This document shows positions 1 through 10,348 of a stretch of DNA of 64,000 nucleotides, piece by piece. Within the stretch, counting starts at the first letter, position 1. The number at the start of each line of letters is the position of its first letter. Source of the DNA: Candidatus Cloacimonadales bacterium (GTDB lineage Bacteria; Cloacimonadota; Cloacimonadia; Cloacimonadales; JAIOQZ01); the NCBI GenBank assembly GCA_963665815.1, contig OY762463.1, positions 704,001 to 768,000 on the forward strand. The letters run 5' to 3'. The notes under the pieces are model-generated. The model did not search any database, was not told the origin of the DNA, and saw only the letters and a list, made by a program, of their open reading frames with translations. The position numbers were made by a program, and so were the translations under genes.

Positions 1-418
<418 letters not shown>

Positions 419-446
419 CTAAGCCTTACCAATCTGACTGGCTTAA

Positions 447-1880
447 TTACTTAGTCTCAGATATTTTTACAGTCCAGATGTAATCACAAGGTGGTTGTTT
501 TCTCATCTCATCAGGAATTATTATTTCACAACCTTTTTTGCCTTTCTTTTCCCATTTGAGTGGTTTGTCATAACCAAGAAGATGTACTTCCGCGTCTTTT
601 ACCGGGCGATGAGAATTAATTTTAATAGTTGCAGGCATTTGGGTTTCGGTTTCTTCGCAGATGTAGAAGAAGTATGAATTACCGTCTTTAGTTTTTGTCA
701 TGCAGATATTCTTTTCTTTGTAAGGCTCAAGAACATCACTGCTGTATATACCTTCGCTGTTTATTTTCATCCAGGCTGCAATACCTTCAAGTCTGTCATA
801 TGCTCTCGGGTCCCAGTCCCCTGTTGGAGCAGGTCCAATGTTAAGAAGCAGGTTACCACCCTTTGAGACTACGTTTACAAGAAGTTGAACCAACTCACGA
901 GTGGATTTATATTGATGATATCTATTATATGACCAACCCGGTGCCATGGGTACACATGCTTCCCATGGATCCAGCAAAGCTTCTTCAGGAACTTTATTTT
1001 CCGGTGTCAGGTAATTCTCATATTCTCCCTCTACCCATCTGTCTACAACAATAAGGTCTTTCTGATGAGATCTCGCCATTTCTGCCAGTTTCGGCATATC
1101 TATATCCTGATCGTAATCTTTGGTTATAGCCCAATCTTTGAATTCCTCAGGAGTGTTTTTTCTAGGTCTTACCCAAGCTCCATCCAACCAGAGTATGTCA
1201 ATCTGACCATAATCAGTCATAAGTTCTTCAACTTGAGTGTATGTAAATTTCTTAAAGTTCTCCCATTTTTCAGGATATTTTTTAGGATTGTAATTTACGT
1301 GTCTTGGTCCTTTAGGATAAAAAGACCACCAGTAATCCTGACTATGCCAGTCTGGCTTTGAGAAGTATGCACCAATCCAGAAACCCTCTTCTCTAAATGT
1401 ATCGAATATCTGTTTTGTTACATCAGCCTTAGGGTATTTTGAGTATGGGCATTTTTCAGATGTAATTTTGTAATCTGTAGTTTTTGTATCAAACATACAG
1501 AATCCGTCATGATGTTTAGTAGTAAACACTACATATTTCATACCTGCTTCTTTAGCTGCGTTCATCCATTTTTGAGGATCGAAATCTCTGGGAATGAATG
1601 TCCTCTGAAGGTTTTCATAGTCTTCAACATAATCGGGATAATTTTCAAACCGTGCAAGATCTCTTCCAATCCAATCCTCAGAACAAAGAGTCCAGGATTC
1701 CATTACTCCCCATTGTGAATATGGTCCCCAATGCATCATCAACCCGAACTTAAGTTCCTGCCATTGTTCTATTTTCTTAACAACTCCACTGTCTTCAGGT
1801 TTATGATATTCTTTATTGTAACAAAATCCTACAGAAATAAAAGAAGCAATAATAAATATTAAAAGTATTCTCATGGACAT
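447..1880 (-). CDS. Alpha-L-fucosidase (GH29), secreted
   Basis: Motifs KFGLMMHWG, KYVVFTTKHHDGFCMFDT, LWLDGAW, VSKGGNLLLNIGP; signal peptide. Start moved from 1901 to the ATG at 1880. Confidence 0.92.
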   Translation of the reverse strand: MSMRILLIFIIASFISVGFCYNKEYHKPEDSGVVKKIEQWQELKFGLMMHWGPYSQWGVMESWTLCSEDWIGRDLARFENYPDYVEDYENLQRTFIPRDFDPQKWMNAAKEAGMKYVVFTTKHHDGFCMFDTKTTDYKITSEKCPYSKYPKADVTKQIFDTFREEGFWIGAYFSKPDWHSQDYWWSFYPKGPRHVNYNPKKYPEKWENFKKFTYTQVEELMTDYGQIDILWLDGAWVRPRKNTPEEFKDWAITKDYDQDIDMPKLAEMARSHQKDLIVVDRWVEGEYENYLTPENKVPEEALLDPWEACVPMAPGWSYNRYHQYKSTRELVQLLVNVVSKGGNLLLNIGPAPTGDWDPRAYDRLEGIAAWMKINSEGIYSSDVLEPYKEKNICMTKTKDGNSYFFYICEETETQMPATIKINSHRPVKDAEVHLLGYDKPLKWEKKGKKGCEIIIPDEMRKQPPCDYIWTVKISETK

Positions 1881-2231
1881 TCCCCTTTCTTTGTGGTTCA
1901 TTAAAAAAATATTATAACTTCAGATTGTCAAAATAAAAAAAGTATAAACTTTCATAATAGTAAGTAATTTCTCAGAAAATGTCTCAAGATCTCCCAGACT
2001 TTATATGATTTGAAAGCTTTGTGCTACTGAAGAAAATGACAATATTTCTTACATCAATTACACATAAAAAAAGTCTTATCAAATCCCTGTGATATAATAT
2101 AGTATTGATACTTACTGTAAACGTCTTGAGTTTTTATACAATTGATATGCTTTACATATAAAAACTTTTATTTTCTATATTGGCATGAAGTGAAAGATTG
2201 AGCCTTTTATAATTTCTCTTTATAGTTGTAC

Positions 2232-3125
2232 TCACTGAGTGTGACTCTTAAAAATCCCCAACATCTCTCTGCATCTCTCCGTAAAAGTATTTTCCTTCAG
2301 CCTGTCATATACAAGCTCACTATTACGTGTTTTTGCCTGCTCATGCTTCAAGTAGAACTCAATTTTCTTTTCAAGATCAGGACTGTCATTATATGTGACT
2401 ATCCCATATTGCCTGAGTCCAGGTACATCATCGCTGATCTGAAAGATCTTTAGCAGTGCCAGATCATATGTCCTGTTGTTAATAAATCCATGCTGTTTCA
2501 TGAGTCCATGGTGATCATTCAGTACAATCTTTGCCGAAGAATACAATTCCGGTAAATCCACATATTCAACCTGATCTGCAATGATTCTGTTTGACGGGAC
2601 TAATCCATGCCATCCTGCACCAACATAATGACACTTATCAGCATAAGCTGTCAGCTGTAAATCCTCTATGATTTTTCTATATTTAAGTTTATCATAGTAA
2701 TTATTGCCCACAAAGAGCAGATAGTATTTTTTTTCGACATCTCTTGGATAAAAAAGCCTTTCGTCTGATGCCTGAAACAGTGAGTAACAAGGAGAAGTTA
2801 TATCTCCTTTGACAGTTTCACAAAAAGGTTCAGAAGCTATAAACACAATATTATAGCTGTTTAGTTCCTCAGGAGTTCTTACTTCAGGATGACTGATATT
2901 CCACATGATGTTAAAGTTTCTATTGTCAGGTCTGTATTGCACAAGCCCACCCAGAAAAATTACCACATCATATTGAGAATTGTTTACATACCACTCGTCA
3001 CGAAAATTAATAACAGCCGTATGTCCGAACTGCATAAATGCAGTGCATAATCTTTCGGCAAATGGTCCGTCTCCCCCATTTCGGCAATCTTTATTCGGTG
3101 TGCAAATCTTCACAGCAATCTTCAT
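2232..3125 (-). CDS. Glycosyltransferase, CgeB/Glyco_trans_1_2-like
   Basis: WNISHP, LFVGN, YSSAKIVLNDHH..M...GFINNRTYD..ISD motifs. AGAGGA RBS before ATG 3125, coupled to the upstream gene. Confidence 0.75.
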   Translation of the reverse strand: MKIAVKICTPNKDCRNGGDGPFAERLCTAFMQFGHTAVINFRDEWYVNNSQYDVVIFLGGLVQYRPDNRNFNIMWNISHPEVRTPEELNSYNIVFIASEPFCETVKGDITSPCYSLFQASDERLFYPRDVEKKYYLLFVGNNYYDKLKYRKIIEDLQLTAYADKCHYVGAGWHGLVPSNRIIADQVEYVDLPELYSSAKIVLNDHHGLMKQHGFINNRTYDLALLKIFQISDDVPGLRQYGIVTYNDSPDLEKKIEFYLKHEQAKTRNSELVYDRLKENTFTERCREMLGIFKSHTQ

Positions 3126-3126
3126 A

Positions 3127-4794
3127 TTATCCTCTATATGCAAAACAGTCTTTTGCGATCCTGACAGACATATCTTGTTCCTTGACTATTTTATTGTTAA
3201 CGCAAGCATCTACTAACACTGCCAGGGTCTTTGAATCACTACCGGCATAACTGAAAGCAACAGGAAAAAAGTCTGAATTATAATATACTGATTCTCCAGG
3301 AGATGCAGACACTACCGGATCACCGATCAGACTATCTGCAATACCATTTGCCTGAGGATGATATACGTTTACACTCTGTGTAATAGAACCAAATCGCTCT
3401 GAAATCATTGGAATATATATTTCTGCATCTTCAAACTCATGATGATTTCTCAGCAATGAGGAAAACATGGAAGAATACTGATAATTACCATTTAAAACTA
3501 CAATAGGGTCACCATTTTTCACTCCATTGATTTCAGAATGATCTTTAATTATACGTACATTGAAGTCCCTGCTGAAACGTCTGGAAAGCTTATTGTGATT
3601 ACCATTGATTGACTCAGTTATATGAAGTGCAGATTTCTCAATTTTGTTTTCCAGATACTCTATAGCTTTTGTAATGACTCGTTCTGTAGAAGAACCATCT
3701 CTGACAGAAACAAACTGACTGGCAATGCTTTCAGTTGATTCCGGCATAATTAAAAACTGTAGAATCAAGTGCTTCAAGTAATACGGATTAGAAAAACGAG
3801 ATCCTACATCCCTGAATCTGTATTCCAGATCATTTTCATTATACTTCGGATGCTTTTTCTGCAAAGGTGAATCAAAGAGTATAACCGGTTTGCCGGAAGC
3901 AGCAAATTCATATACAACTGACGAAACATCCGATACAAGCAGATCTGCTGCTGCGAAACACTCAACAATATTATGGTTTTCCGAATAGGAAATACTTTTG
4001 TCATTGTCAGAGAGATTTCGATAATGTTCTTTCACTTCTTCACGTTCAATACCATGAAGTTTAACAATAACATTCGTATAATCAGGAAAATAACTTCGAA
4101 AATCTCCTTTTAAAAATGGTAACAATGAGAACTCTCTGTTATAAGTTGGTGCAAACAGAATCGTTCTTTTTTGCGGATCAAGACCAAACTTTTCAAGAAT
4201 ATCATTTCTTTTCAATTTTCCGGAAAACATGGGATCCAGTTTCGGAATGCCTGTTACTTCAATCGGTTTGAAGATATTCTTTTGCAGAACCTCTTTATGG
4301 ATTGATCCCGGTACACAAATCAAATCAGCAAAGTTATCTCGTCTAATTTTTGTCGAGTCTACATAAAACGAGCCCTTACATATTGTTCCATGCCCAATAC
4401 ATACTTTAAATCCGAGATGACCATCATATTCAGACGGTGTATCTGCAAAATAGGTAATATCAGGACTAAAATCAGCAGGAACATTCACCGGGATAAATTC
4501 ATTCCCGATAATTTCAGTGATAACATTCAATCTTGCACCGGATGATGCTCTTCCATCTCTACTCGGTATGTATGATGTAGACATAATCCCTATTTCACCT
4601 AAATCCTGATTCCTGATATGTTTAATCAAATTCTCGAACAGTGAAATATGAAATTCACGTTCAAGTAAAAATAAAAACCTGTACTTTTTCAAATGATATT
4701 CCTGACTCTTCTTTATTATTAGATCGGAAAAATTCAATAATTCATTAGACAAATCCGATGAATACTCATATTTAGTAAACATCAGTGGTAACAA
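3127..4794 (-). CDS. CDP-glycerol glycerophosphotransferase (TagB/TagF-like) family protein with C-terminal extension
   Basis: IGHG..KG, VTGIPKLD, ILFAPTY, VKLHG, ADLLVSDVSSVVYEF motifs; start codon uncertain. Confidence 0.8.
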   Translation of the reverse strand: MLPLMFTKYEYSSDLSNELLNFSDLIIKKSQEYHLKKYRFLFLLEREFHISLFENLIKHIRNQDLGEIGIMSTSYIPSRDGRASSGARLNVITEIIGNEFIPVNVPADFSPDITYFADTPSEYDGHLGFKVCIGHGTICKGSFYVDSTKIRRDNFADLICVPGSIHKEVLQKNIFKPIEVTGIPKLDPMFSGKLKRNDILEKFGLDPQKRTILFAPTYNREFSLLPFLKGDFRSYFPDYTNVIVKLHGIEREEVKEHYRNLSDNDKSISYSENHNIVECFAAADLLVSDVSSVVYEFAASGKPVILFDSPLQKKHPKYNENDLEYRFRDVGSRFSNPYYLKHLILQFLIMPESTESIASQFVSVRDGSSTERVITKAIEYLENKIEKSALHITESINGNHNKLSRRFSRDFNVRIIKDHSEINGVKNGDPIVVLNGNYQYSSMFSSLLRNHHEFEDAEIYIPMISERFGSITQSVNVYHPQANGIADSLIGDPVVSASPGESVYYNSDFFPVAFSYAGSDSKTLAVLVDACVNNKIVKEQDMSVRIAKDCFAYRG

Positions 4795-4844
4795 TTTACT
4801 GAGAATTTAGTTTTTCAATAGACATCACTTACTCAAGGAATATT

Positions 4845-5246
4845 ATGAAATTTAACAAAATCTGGTCAATCGTGTTTCTGGCTTATTTCGCAATCATTGT
4901 ATTAATTGTTTATCTTGCTTATCAGGGAATACTGCCTACAAATTTACCTACAAACAAGTATTTTGATGAATGCGGACATTTTACCCTAATTGGTATTACT
5001 GCTCTTTTTGCTCATCTTGCAATGAATAGGCATTTCTTTAAACTAAGCTATATAAAAGTACCTGTCGGTCCTGCGATAATCCTTTTAATGGCAACAATCG
5101 AAGAGTTTTTCCAGACATTGTCTCCTATACGAGAGTTCAGCTTAACAGACTTGCTATCCGACTTAGCCGGAATAGTTTTCTTTCTTTTTCTCGATTATTT
5201 AGTCAGGTTCTTTTTAAGGAAATTTAAAAAATTATACAATAATTAA
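4845..5246 (+). CDS. VanZ family membrane protein
   Basis: Four hydrophobic helices; D..GHF...G and EEFFQ...P.R.FS..DL..D..G pattern. Confidence 0.8.
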   Translation: MKFNKIWSIVFLAYFAIIVLIVYLAYQGILPTNLPTNKYFDECGHFTLIGITALFAHLAMNRHFFKLSYIKVPVGPAIILLMATIEEFFQTLSPIREFSLTDLLSDLAGIVFFLFLDYLVRFFLRKFKKLYNN

Positions 5247-5439
5247 CCTGAAACTTACTCAATTTCTAAAATATTCTCATAATCAGCTCAAAATCAATAA
5301 TACATAAAAGATTTATAACAAATTAGTTGACCAATTTACACATCTGAAACTCCTGCCTTAGTTTTAACATTGTACTGTATAATTGCAGATATTCATCCAT
5401 TATACAAAAATTGATCAGATAAAAACTGGAGAAAAATAA

Positions 5440-7248
5440 ATGAAAATTAAGAATATTGCTATAATAGCTCACGTTGATCATGGAAAAACAACACTCGTAG
5501 ATGGTGCACTTAAGCAATCCGGTGTTTTTAGAGACAACCAGAATGTTGAAGATCGAATCATGGATTCAAACGATCTTGAAAGAGAACGCGGTATAACAAT
5601 CTTTTCCAAGAATGCATCACTTTATTATAAAGATTACAAAATTAATATTGTTGATACTCCCGGTCACGCTGACTTTGGTGGAGAAGTTCAACGTATCCTT
5701 AAAATGGTAGATTCTGTACTGTTACTTGTTGATGCGTTTGAGGGTCCAATGCCTCAAACAAAATACGTACTGAAAAAATCCCTTGAACTTGGTTTGAAAC
5801 CAATTGTTGTAATTAACAAAATAGACAGACCTAACAGTCGTCCTCAGGAAGTTCTTGATATGGTATTTGATCTGTTTACGGATCTTAATGCAAATGATGA
5901 CCAGCTAGATTTCCCATATGTATATGCATCAGGTAAAGATGCATTAGCAAAGTATGAACTGGAAGACGAAAGTGATAACCTTGTTCCTTTGTTTGAAACA
6001 ATTCTGAATCATGTGGAAGACGCTCAAGGTGATCCTGAAAAACCATTGCAAATGCTTGTATCAGCTATTGAGTACAACAATTATCTCGGAAAAATAGGAA
6101 CAGGCCGAATCTCTAACGGAACAGTTAGTCAGGGAGAAGAAGTCGTTTTAATGAAAAGAGATGGAGAAAGACTTTTGTACAGAATCTCCAAAGTATTCCA
6201 TTATGAAGGTCTGAAAAAGAAAGAAGTCAAAAAAGCCTATGCAGGAGATATTGTTTCACTCGCCGGAATGGAAATGGTTGATGTTGGAGAAACTGTAGCA
6301 TGCAGGATTCATCCGGAACCATTACCAATTATTGATATTGATGCTCCCACCCTGGCAATGGAATTCTGTGTAAATGATTCACCCTTTGCCGGCAAAGAAG
6401 GAAAATACGTCACATCCAGAAACATCTGGGATAGACTTCAGAAAGAGCTCCAGACCAATGTGAGTATTATTGTGGAATCTACTGATTCAGCAGATAAATT
6501 TACCGTAAAGGGTCGTGGAGAGCTACAGTTATCTATTCTTATTGAGAATATGAGACGCGAGGGATTCGAATTTGCCGTATCCAAACCCAAGGTTATTTAC
6601 CGCGAACTCAAAGGCAAACGTACTGAACCTATAGAGCTTGCTCTGATTGATGTTGCAGATGAATTTGTTGGTGCAGTGATTGAAATGTTGGGAATCAGAA
6701 AAGGTGAAATGCTTGATATGGAAGTGGGTTCCGATGGATACACCAGACTGGAATTCAAAGTGCCGGCAAGAGGTTTGATAGGATTCCGTAACGAATTCCT
6801 GACAACAACAAGAGGAACCGGTATTCTCAATCATAGTTTTTATGAATATGAATATTATAAAGGTGAGATAGACAAAAAAAATCGTGGTGCGCTTATTGCG
6901 TTGGAACAAGGATCATCTATGGCATATTCCCTGTTCAGTTTCCAACCAAGAGGAATTCTGTTTATTGGTCCCGGAGTTAATGTCTATCCCGGAATGATCG
7001 TCGGTGAACACAGTAAGGATCAGGATCTTGTTATAAATGTAATTAAGAACAAGAAATTGACTAATGTCAGAGCATCCGGATCTGATGAAGCTCTTAAACT
7101 TATTCCGCCAAAACAGTTCAGTCTGGAACAGGCACTGGAATATATTGAAGATGATGAGCTTCTGGAAATCACTCCGGAGAGTATGAGAATGCGTAAGAAG
7201 ATTCTTGATCACACCGAGAGGAAAAGATCTCAGAAAACTGTTGAATAG
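5440..7248 (+). CDS. typA: Translational GTPase TypA/BipA
   Basis: NIAIIAHVDHGKTTLVD, ERERGITI, DTPGHADFGGEV, NKID, GRGELQL, LEITP..MRMRK; 602 aa. Confidence 0.98.
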   Translation: MKIKNIAIIAHVDHGKTTLVDGALKQSGVFRDNQNVEDRIMDSNDLERERGITIFSKNASLYYKDYKINIVDTPGHADFGGEVQRILKMVDSVLLLVDAFEGPMPQTKYVLKKSLELGLKPIVVINKIDRPNSRPQEVLDMVFDLFTDLNANDDQLDFPYVYASGKDALAKYELEDESDNLVPLFETILNHVEDAQGDPEKPLQMLVSAIEYNNYLGKIGTGRISNGTVSQGEEVVLMKRDGERLLYRISKVFHYEGLKKKEVKKAYAGDIVSLAGMEMVDVGETVACRIHPEPLPIIDIDAPTLAMEFCVNDSPFAGKEGKYVTSRNIWDRLQKELQTNVSIIVESTDSADKFTVKGRGELQLSILIENMRREGFEFAVSKPKVIYRELKGKRTEPIELALIDVADEFVGAVIEMLGIRKGEMLDMEVGSDGYTRLEFKVPARGLIGFRNEFLTTTRGTGILNHSFYEYEYYKGEIDKKNRGALIALEQGSSMAYSLFSFQPRGILFIGPGVNVYPGMIVGEHSKDQDLVINVIKNKKLTNVRASGSDEALKLIPPKQFSLEQALEYIEDDELLEITPESMRMRKKILDHTERKRSQKTVE

Positions 7249-7275
7249 ATTATCTGAAAAATAAATTGTTTGTAG

Positions 7276-7300
7276 AACGCTCGGAAACGAGCGTTTTTTT
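7276..7300 (+). terminator. Intrinsic terminator after typA
   Basis: AACGCTCG-GAAA-CGAGCGTT stem followed by a T run. Confidence 0.85.
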
Positions 7301-7544
7301 ACATTATCTGCGTCATTATTTTGATTTAGCAAAAACATGTTTCTTGAGCATCGCGAGCATCGCTGCAATCTTTATCTGAATCCATCTGTCTTCAAGTGTT
7401 TTCGAAGTCTTTACCTAATAAATTTTTTGCGCAACATCATCTCTTTACGCAGGCAAGATGACTGCGTCTCTGGATATATTCTTTCAGAAACATTAACGAG
7501 TTTCCAACCCTTTGGAAGGTGTAAGTAAAGTGTATATTTACATG

Positions 7545-8330
7545 TTACACATCAACCAGTTCTGTGGGTTCGTATTGATCTGCAACAAGTAATCTGACAG
7601 CATAATTGTTATTCGTAAGAAATCTATTCATATTCTGAAACGCTATCTCGGGAGTATTATTCGTTTCACTAAGGTGTGCAAGAATAAGGTTCTTAAGTCC
7701 TTCATGCATAACTTCATCAACAACTTTGACTGCATCTACATTAGAGAGGTGACCATGTCTGGAACGCACTCTCTGTTTCAGTTTCCAGGGATATGGACCA
7801 TCCATAAGCATCTGCATATCATGATTACTCTCCAGAATAATTGTAGAGCAATTTTTGAGATACTTAAGCATCAGCTTAGTTGGAAATCCAACATCCGTCA
7901 CAACACCAAGCTTTCTTTCGTTATCACCTTCCTTGTAGAATAGGAAATCACAACTGTCAACTGCATCATGTGAAGATGTGAAGGGATATACTACGATATC
8001 CCCTATCTGAAAAAGTTTCCCTGGTTCGAAGAATTTTGGACCTCCGGGGAGATTACCTAACTTAACTTTGCACTCATAATATGTTTTTTGAGTAACATAT
8101 AATGGAATATTCAGATTCCTGCAGACAACTCCGACGCTTTTTCTGTGGTCAGAGTGTTCATGACTGAGGATCAATCCGGCTATTCTATGTTGATTAAGCT
8201 GCAGCTTGTTTATCGCCTCATATATCCGCTTCCCGGACAATCCCGCATCATAAAGCAGCTTTGTCTTTTCTGTTCGGATAAGTATAGCATTACCCTTACT
8301 GCCGCTGGCAAGTACGCTTGTCTGAAACAT
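7545..8330 (-). CDS. Metallo-beta-lactamase-fold hydrolase, YycJ/WalJ-like
   Basis: LASGSKGN, SHEHSDH, SHDA, ILESNHD, GPYPW.LKQR, GHLSN, LAHLSETNN. Confidence 0.9.
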   Translation of the reverse strand: MFQTSVLASGSKGNAILIRTEKTKLLYDAGLSGKRIYEAINKLQLNQHRIAGLILSHEHSDHRKSVGVVCRNLNIPLYVTQKTYYECKVKLGNLPGGPKFFEPGKLFQIGDIVVYPFTSSHDAVDSCDFLFYKEGDNERKLGVVTDVGFPTKLMLKYLKNCSTIILESNHDMQMLMDGPYPWKLKQRVRSRHGHLSNVDAVKVVDEVMHEGLKNLILAHLSETNNTPEIAFQNMNRFLTNNNYAVRLLVADQYEPTELVDV

Positions 8331-8343
8331 TTATCAGTCTTTC

Positions 8344-9288
8344 TTAGCCAAGGTAAAAATAGCGATTATTCAACTTGTCGTATTCCGACCACTCAGAACC
8401 GGAATTCAGAGAAGATGATACAAGCTGAGTAACTCCAACAGTCTGAGCATCAAGGTTGTCTGCATAGTGCAGAACAACAGCTTCAAGCATCTGTGGAAGT
8501 CTTGCAGAAGCTTTTTCATATTCACCATGATGAGCAAGAATTAAATGACGCAGCTTCATCAAAGTGTTTTCAGGGAAATTATTTATTTCTCGAGCTTTTC
8601 TGCAAATCAGTTCGTCTCCGAGACAAATATGCCCGATTAACCTTCCGATTGTAGAAAAGTCAATTGTAGATTTCATATTGTATTCGTATACCTTACCCAT
8701 ATCATGGAGTAATGCACCAGTAATAAGTAGATCAGATTGAACAGAATACATTCTGGCAGAGAAATCACAGATTTTTGCAACAGAAATAGTATGTTCCAGT
8801 AATCCGCCCATATAATTGTGGTGCCATGTTTTAGCTGCCGGAGCTTTGCAGAACATTGAAAGAAATTCTTTATCATCGAATATCTTATGAAGCAGTTCTT
8901 TCAGATGAATGTCTTCCATTTTATCAATATAATAGAAAAGGGCATCGCTGAGTTTTTTAATATCCTTACCGGTAGCAGGGATAAACTCAGAAAGATCATA
9001 TTCAGCTTCATCTGCTGTGCGGATCTTGTTAATAGTAATCTGCACCTGTTCTCTGTATTTTATTACAATACCTTTTACCTTAACAATATCACCTTCTTTA
9101 AACTGGCTGTTATAGTGTTTGGCATTATTCCATATATTCGCAGTGACCGATCCTGTTTTGTCACTTAGTTTCATGCGGATAAATTTGTCCTTTGTTCCTT
9201 CTCTCATTTCCTTGTGTGAAACAAGATAATATTCAACAACCTCTTCATTAATGTAGTTTCCCAGGACATTCACATAAAGCTTATCCAT
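8344..9288 (-). CDS. yhaM: 3'-5' exoribonuclease YhaM-like (OB fold + HD domain)
   Basis: N-terminal OB fold (LSDKTG...IW); PAAK..HH...GGLLEHT, LLHDMGK, LIGHI, LAHHG, LHYADNLDA. Confidence 0.85.
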   Translation of the reverse strand: MDKLYVNVLGNYINEEVVEYYLVSHKEMREGTKDKFIRMKLSDKTGSVTANIWNNAKHYNSQFKEGDIVKVKGIVIKYREQVQITINKIRTADEAEYDLSEFIPATGKDIKKLSDALFYYIDKMEDIHLKELLHKIFDDKEFLSMFCKAPAAKTWHHNYMGGLLEHTISVAKICDFSARMYSVQSDLLITGALLHDMGKVYEYNMKSTIDFSTIGRLIGHICLGDELICRKAREINNFPENTLMKLRHLILAHHGEYEKASARLPQMLEAVVLHYADNLDAQTVGVTQLVSSSLNSGSEWSEYDKLNNRYFYLG

Positions 9289-9308
9289 TAAATTCCTCTC
9301 TTTCTATT

Positions 9309-10331
9309 CTAACTGAATACATATATCGGATTTGTATATATCCATCCGGAACCCCAGCGTTTTATTTCCAGTCTGTAAATTCCGGGTCCATTTATTTCAA
9401 ATTTTCCTTTGTCGTCAATTTTTTGATTGATGCACGCTCCATCCTTAATGAGTTTTACACGTGTAATTCTTTTTGTCATAAAGTAATAGACCATACCTTC
9501 GCTATACTCAATTTTTTCTCCATAGATAGCTGATGTTCCATTTTTCGCTGTAATTCCACCATAAAATTTCTCGGGATAAGCCGATTTGTAGTTAACAATA
9601 TAAGAATTCCCATTCCTGAGAGCCTGTTTAACAGAATCTTTATTTACTTCTTTATCTAAGGGTATAAGTACGTTAGTACGAACTGTCTTGAAAAGATAGT
9701 AATGAGGAAGAACTTTCAGGTTTATAAAGCCTAGCTTATATGAATGAGTATGAGCATCAACGCTGCCAATTCCAACTGTTTTACAGCCTTTAATATTGAG
9801 ATCATCCCAAAGTTTCAGAGTTTTCTTCAAAGGCTTATTCGCACAAATAGCAGGAAAAAGCATATGATACGCTCCAGTAACAAAAGGATGCAAAGTACTG
9901 AGCCAGCATGAAACAAAATTCCATACTTCAATACCTGCAGTGAAATCAAAATCTTTATCCCACTCATAAGTCGGATATTCAGAGCAAATTCTTTTTTCCA
10001 GTGGATGAGCAGCAAAACCATTATCAGAATATCCACCCTTCTCTTTTATATCAAGTCCCGGTTCGACAAACTGCAGATAATGATTTTTATCGCGAGAATC
10101 ATTGATTTCAATTCCGGGGACAATTATTAAATCTTTTTCGTTAATATATGCAGGATCATTCATAAAATCGTAATTATTGTGATCTGTGATCATAATATAA
10201 TCAAGTCTGTTCTTTTTCGCCTGCTTAATAACTTCACTTAAGGGAATAGAGCAATCATGCGAATATTCAGTATGAATATGCACAGCTCCTGTCAGCTCAT
10301 GAAATTCTCTATTGAAAATCTTCTTCTTCAA
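9309..10331 (-). CDS. PHP-domain metallohydrolase
   Basis: GAVHIHTEYSHD, ITDHN, GIEI, AAHP, GSVDAH. Confidence 0.85.
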   Translation of the reverse strand: MKKKIFNREFHELTGAVHIHTEYSHDCSIPLSEVIKQAKKNRLDYIMITDHNNYDFMNDPAYINEKDLIIVPGIEINDSRDKNHYLQFVEPGLDIKEKGGYSDNGFAAHPLEKRICSEYPTYEWDKDFDFTAGIEVWNFVSCWLSTLHPFVTGAYHMLFPAICANKPLKKTLKLWDDLNIKGCKTVGIGSVDAHTHSYKLGFINLKVLPHYYLFKTVRTNVLIPLDKEVNKDSVKQALRNGNSYIVNYKSAYPEKFYGGITAKNGTSAIYGEKIEYSEGMVYYFMTKRITRVKLIKDGACINQKIDDKGKFEINGPGIYRLEIKRWGSGWIYTNPIYVFS

Positions 10332-10348
10332 AATACTGTTTTCTCTTT

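Noticed and set aside
1981-2131. Nested short inverted repeats (CTCAAGA/TCTTGAG, AGACTTT/AAAGTCT)
   Set aside because: 7-bp matches, single occurrence; compatible with chance in AT-rich intergenic DNA.
6913-7528. ORFs 6913-7368 (-) and 7337-7528 (+)
   Set aside because: One overlaps typA antisense and its terminator; neither has an RBS or recognisable motifs.
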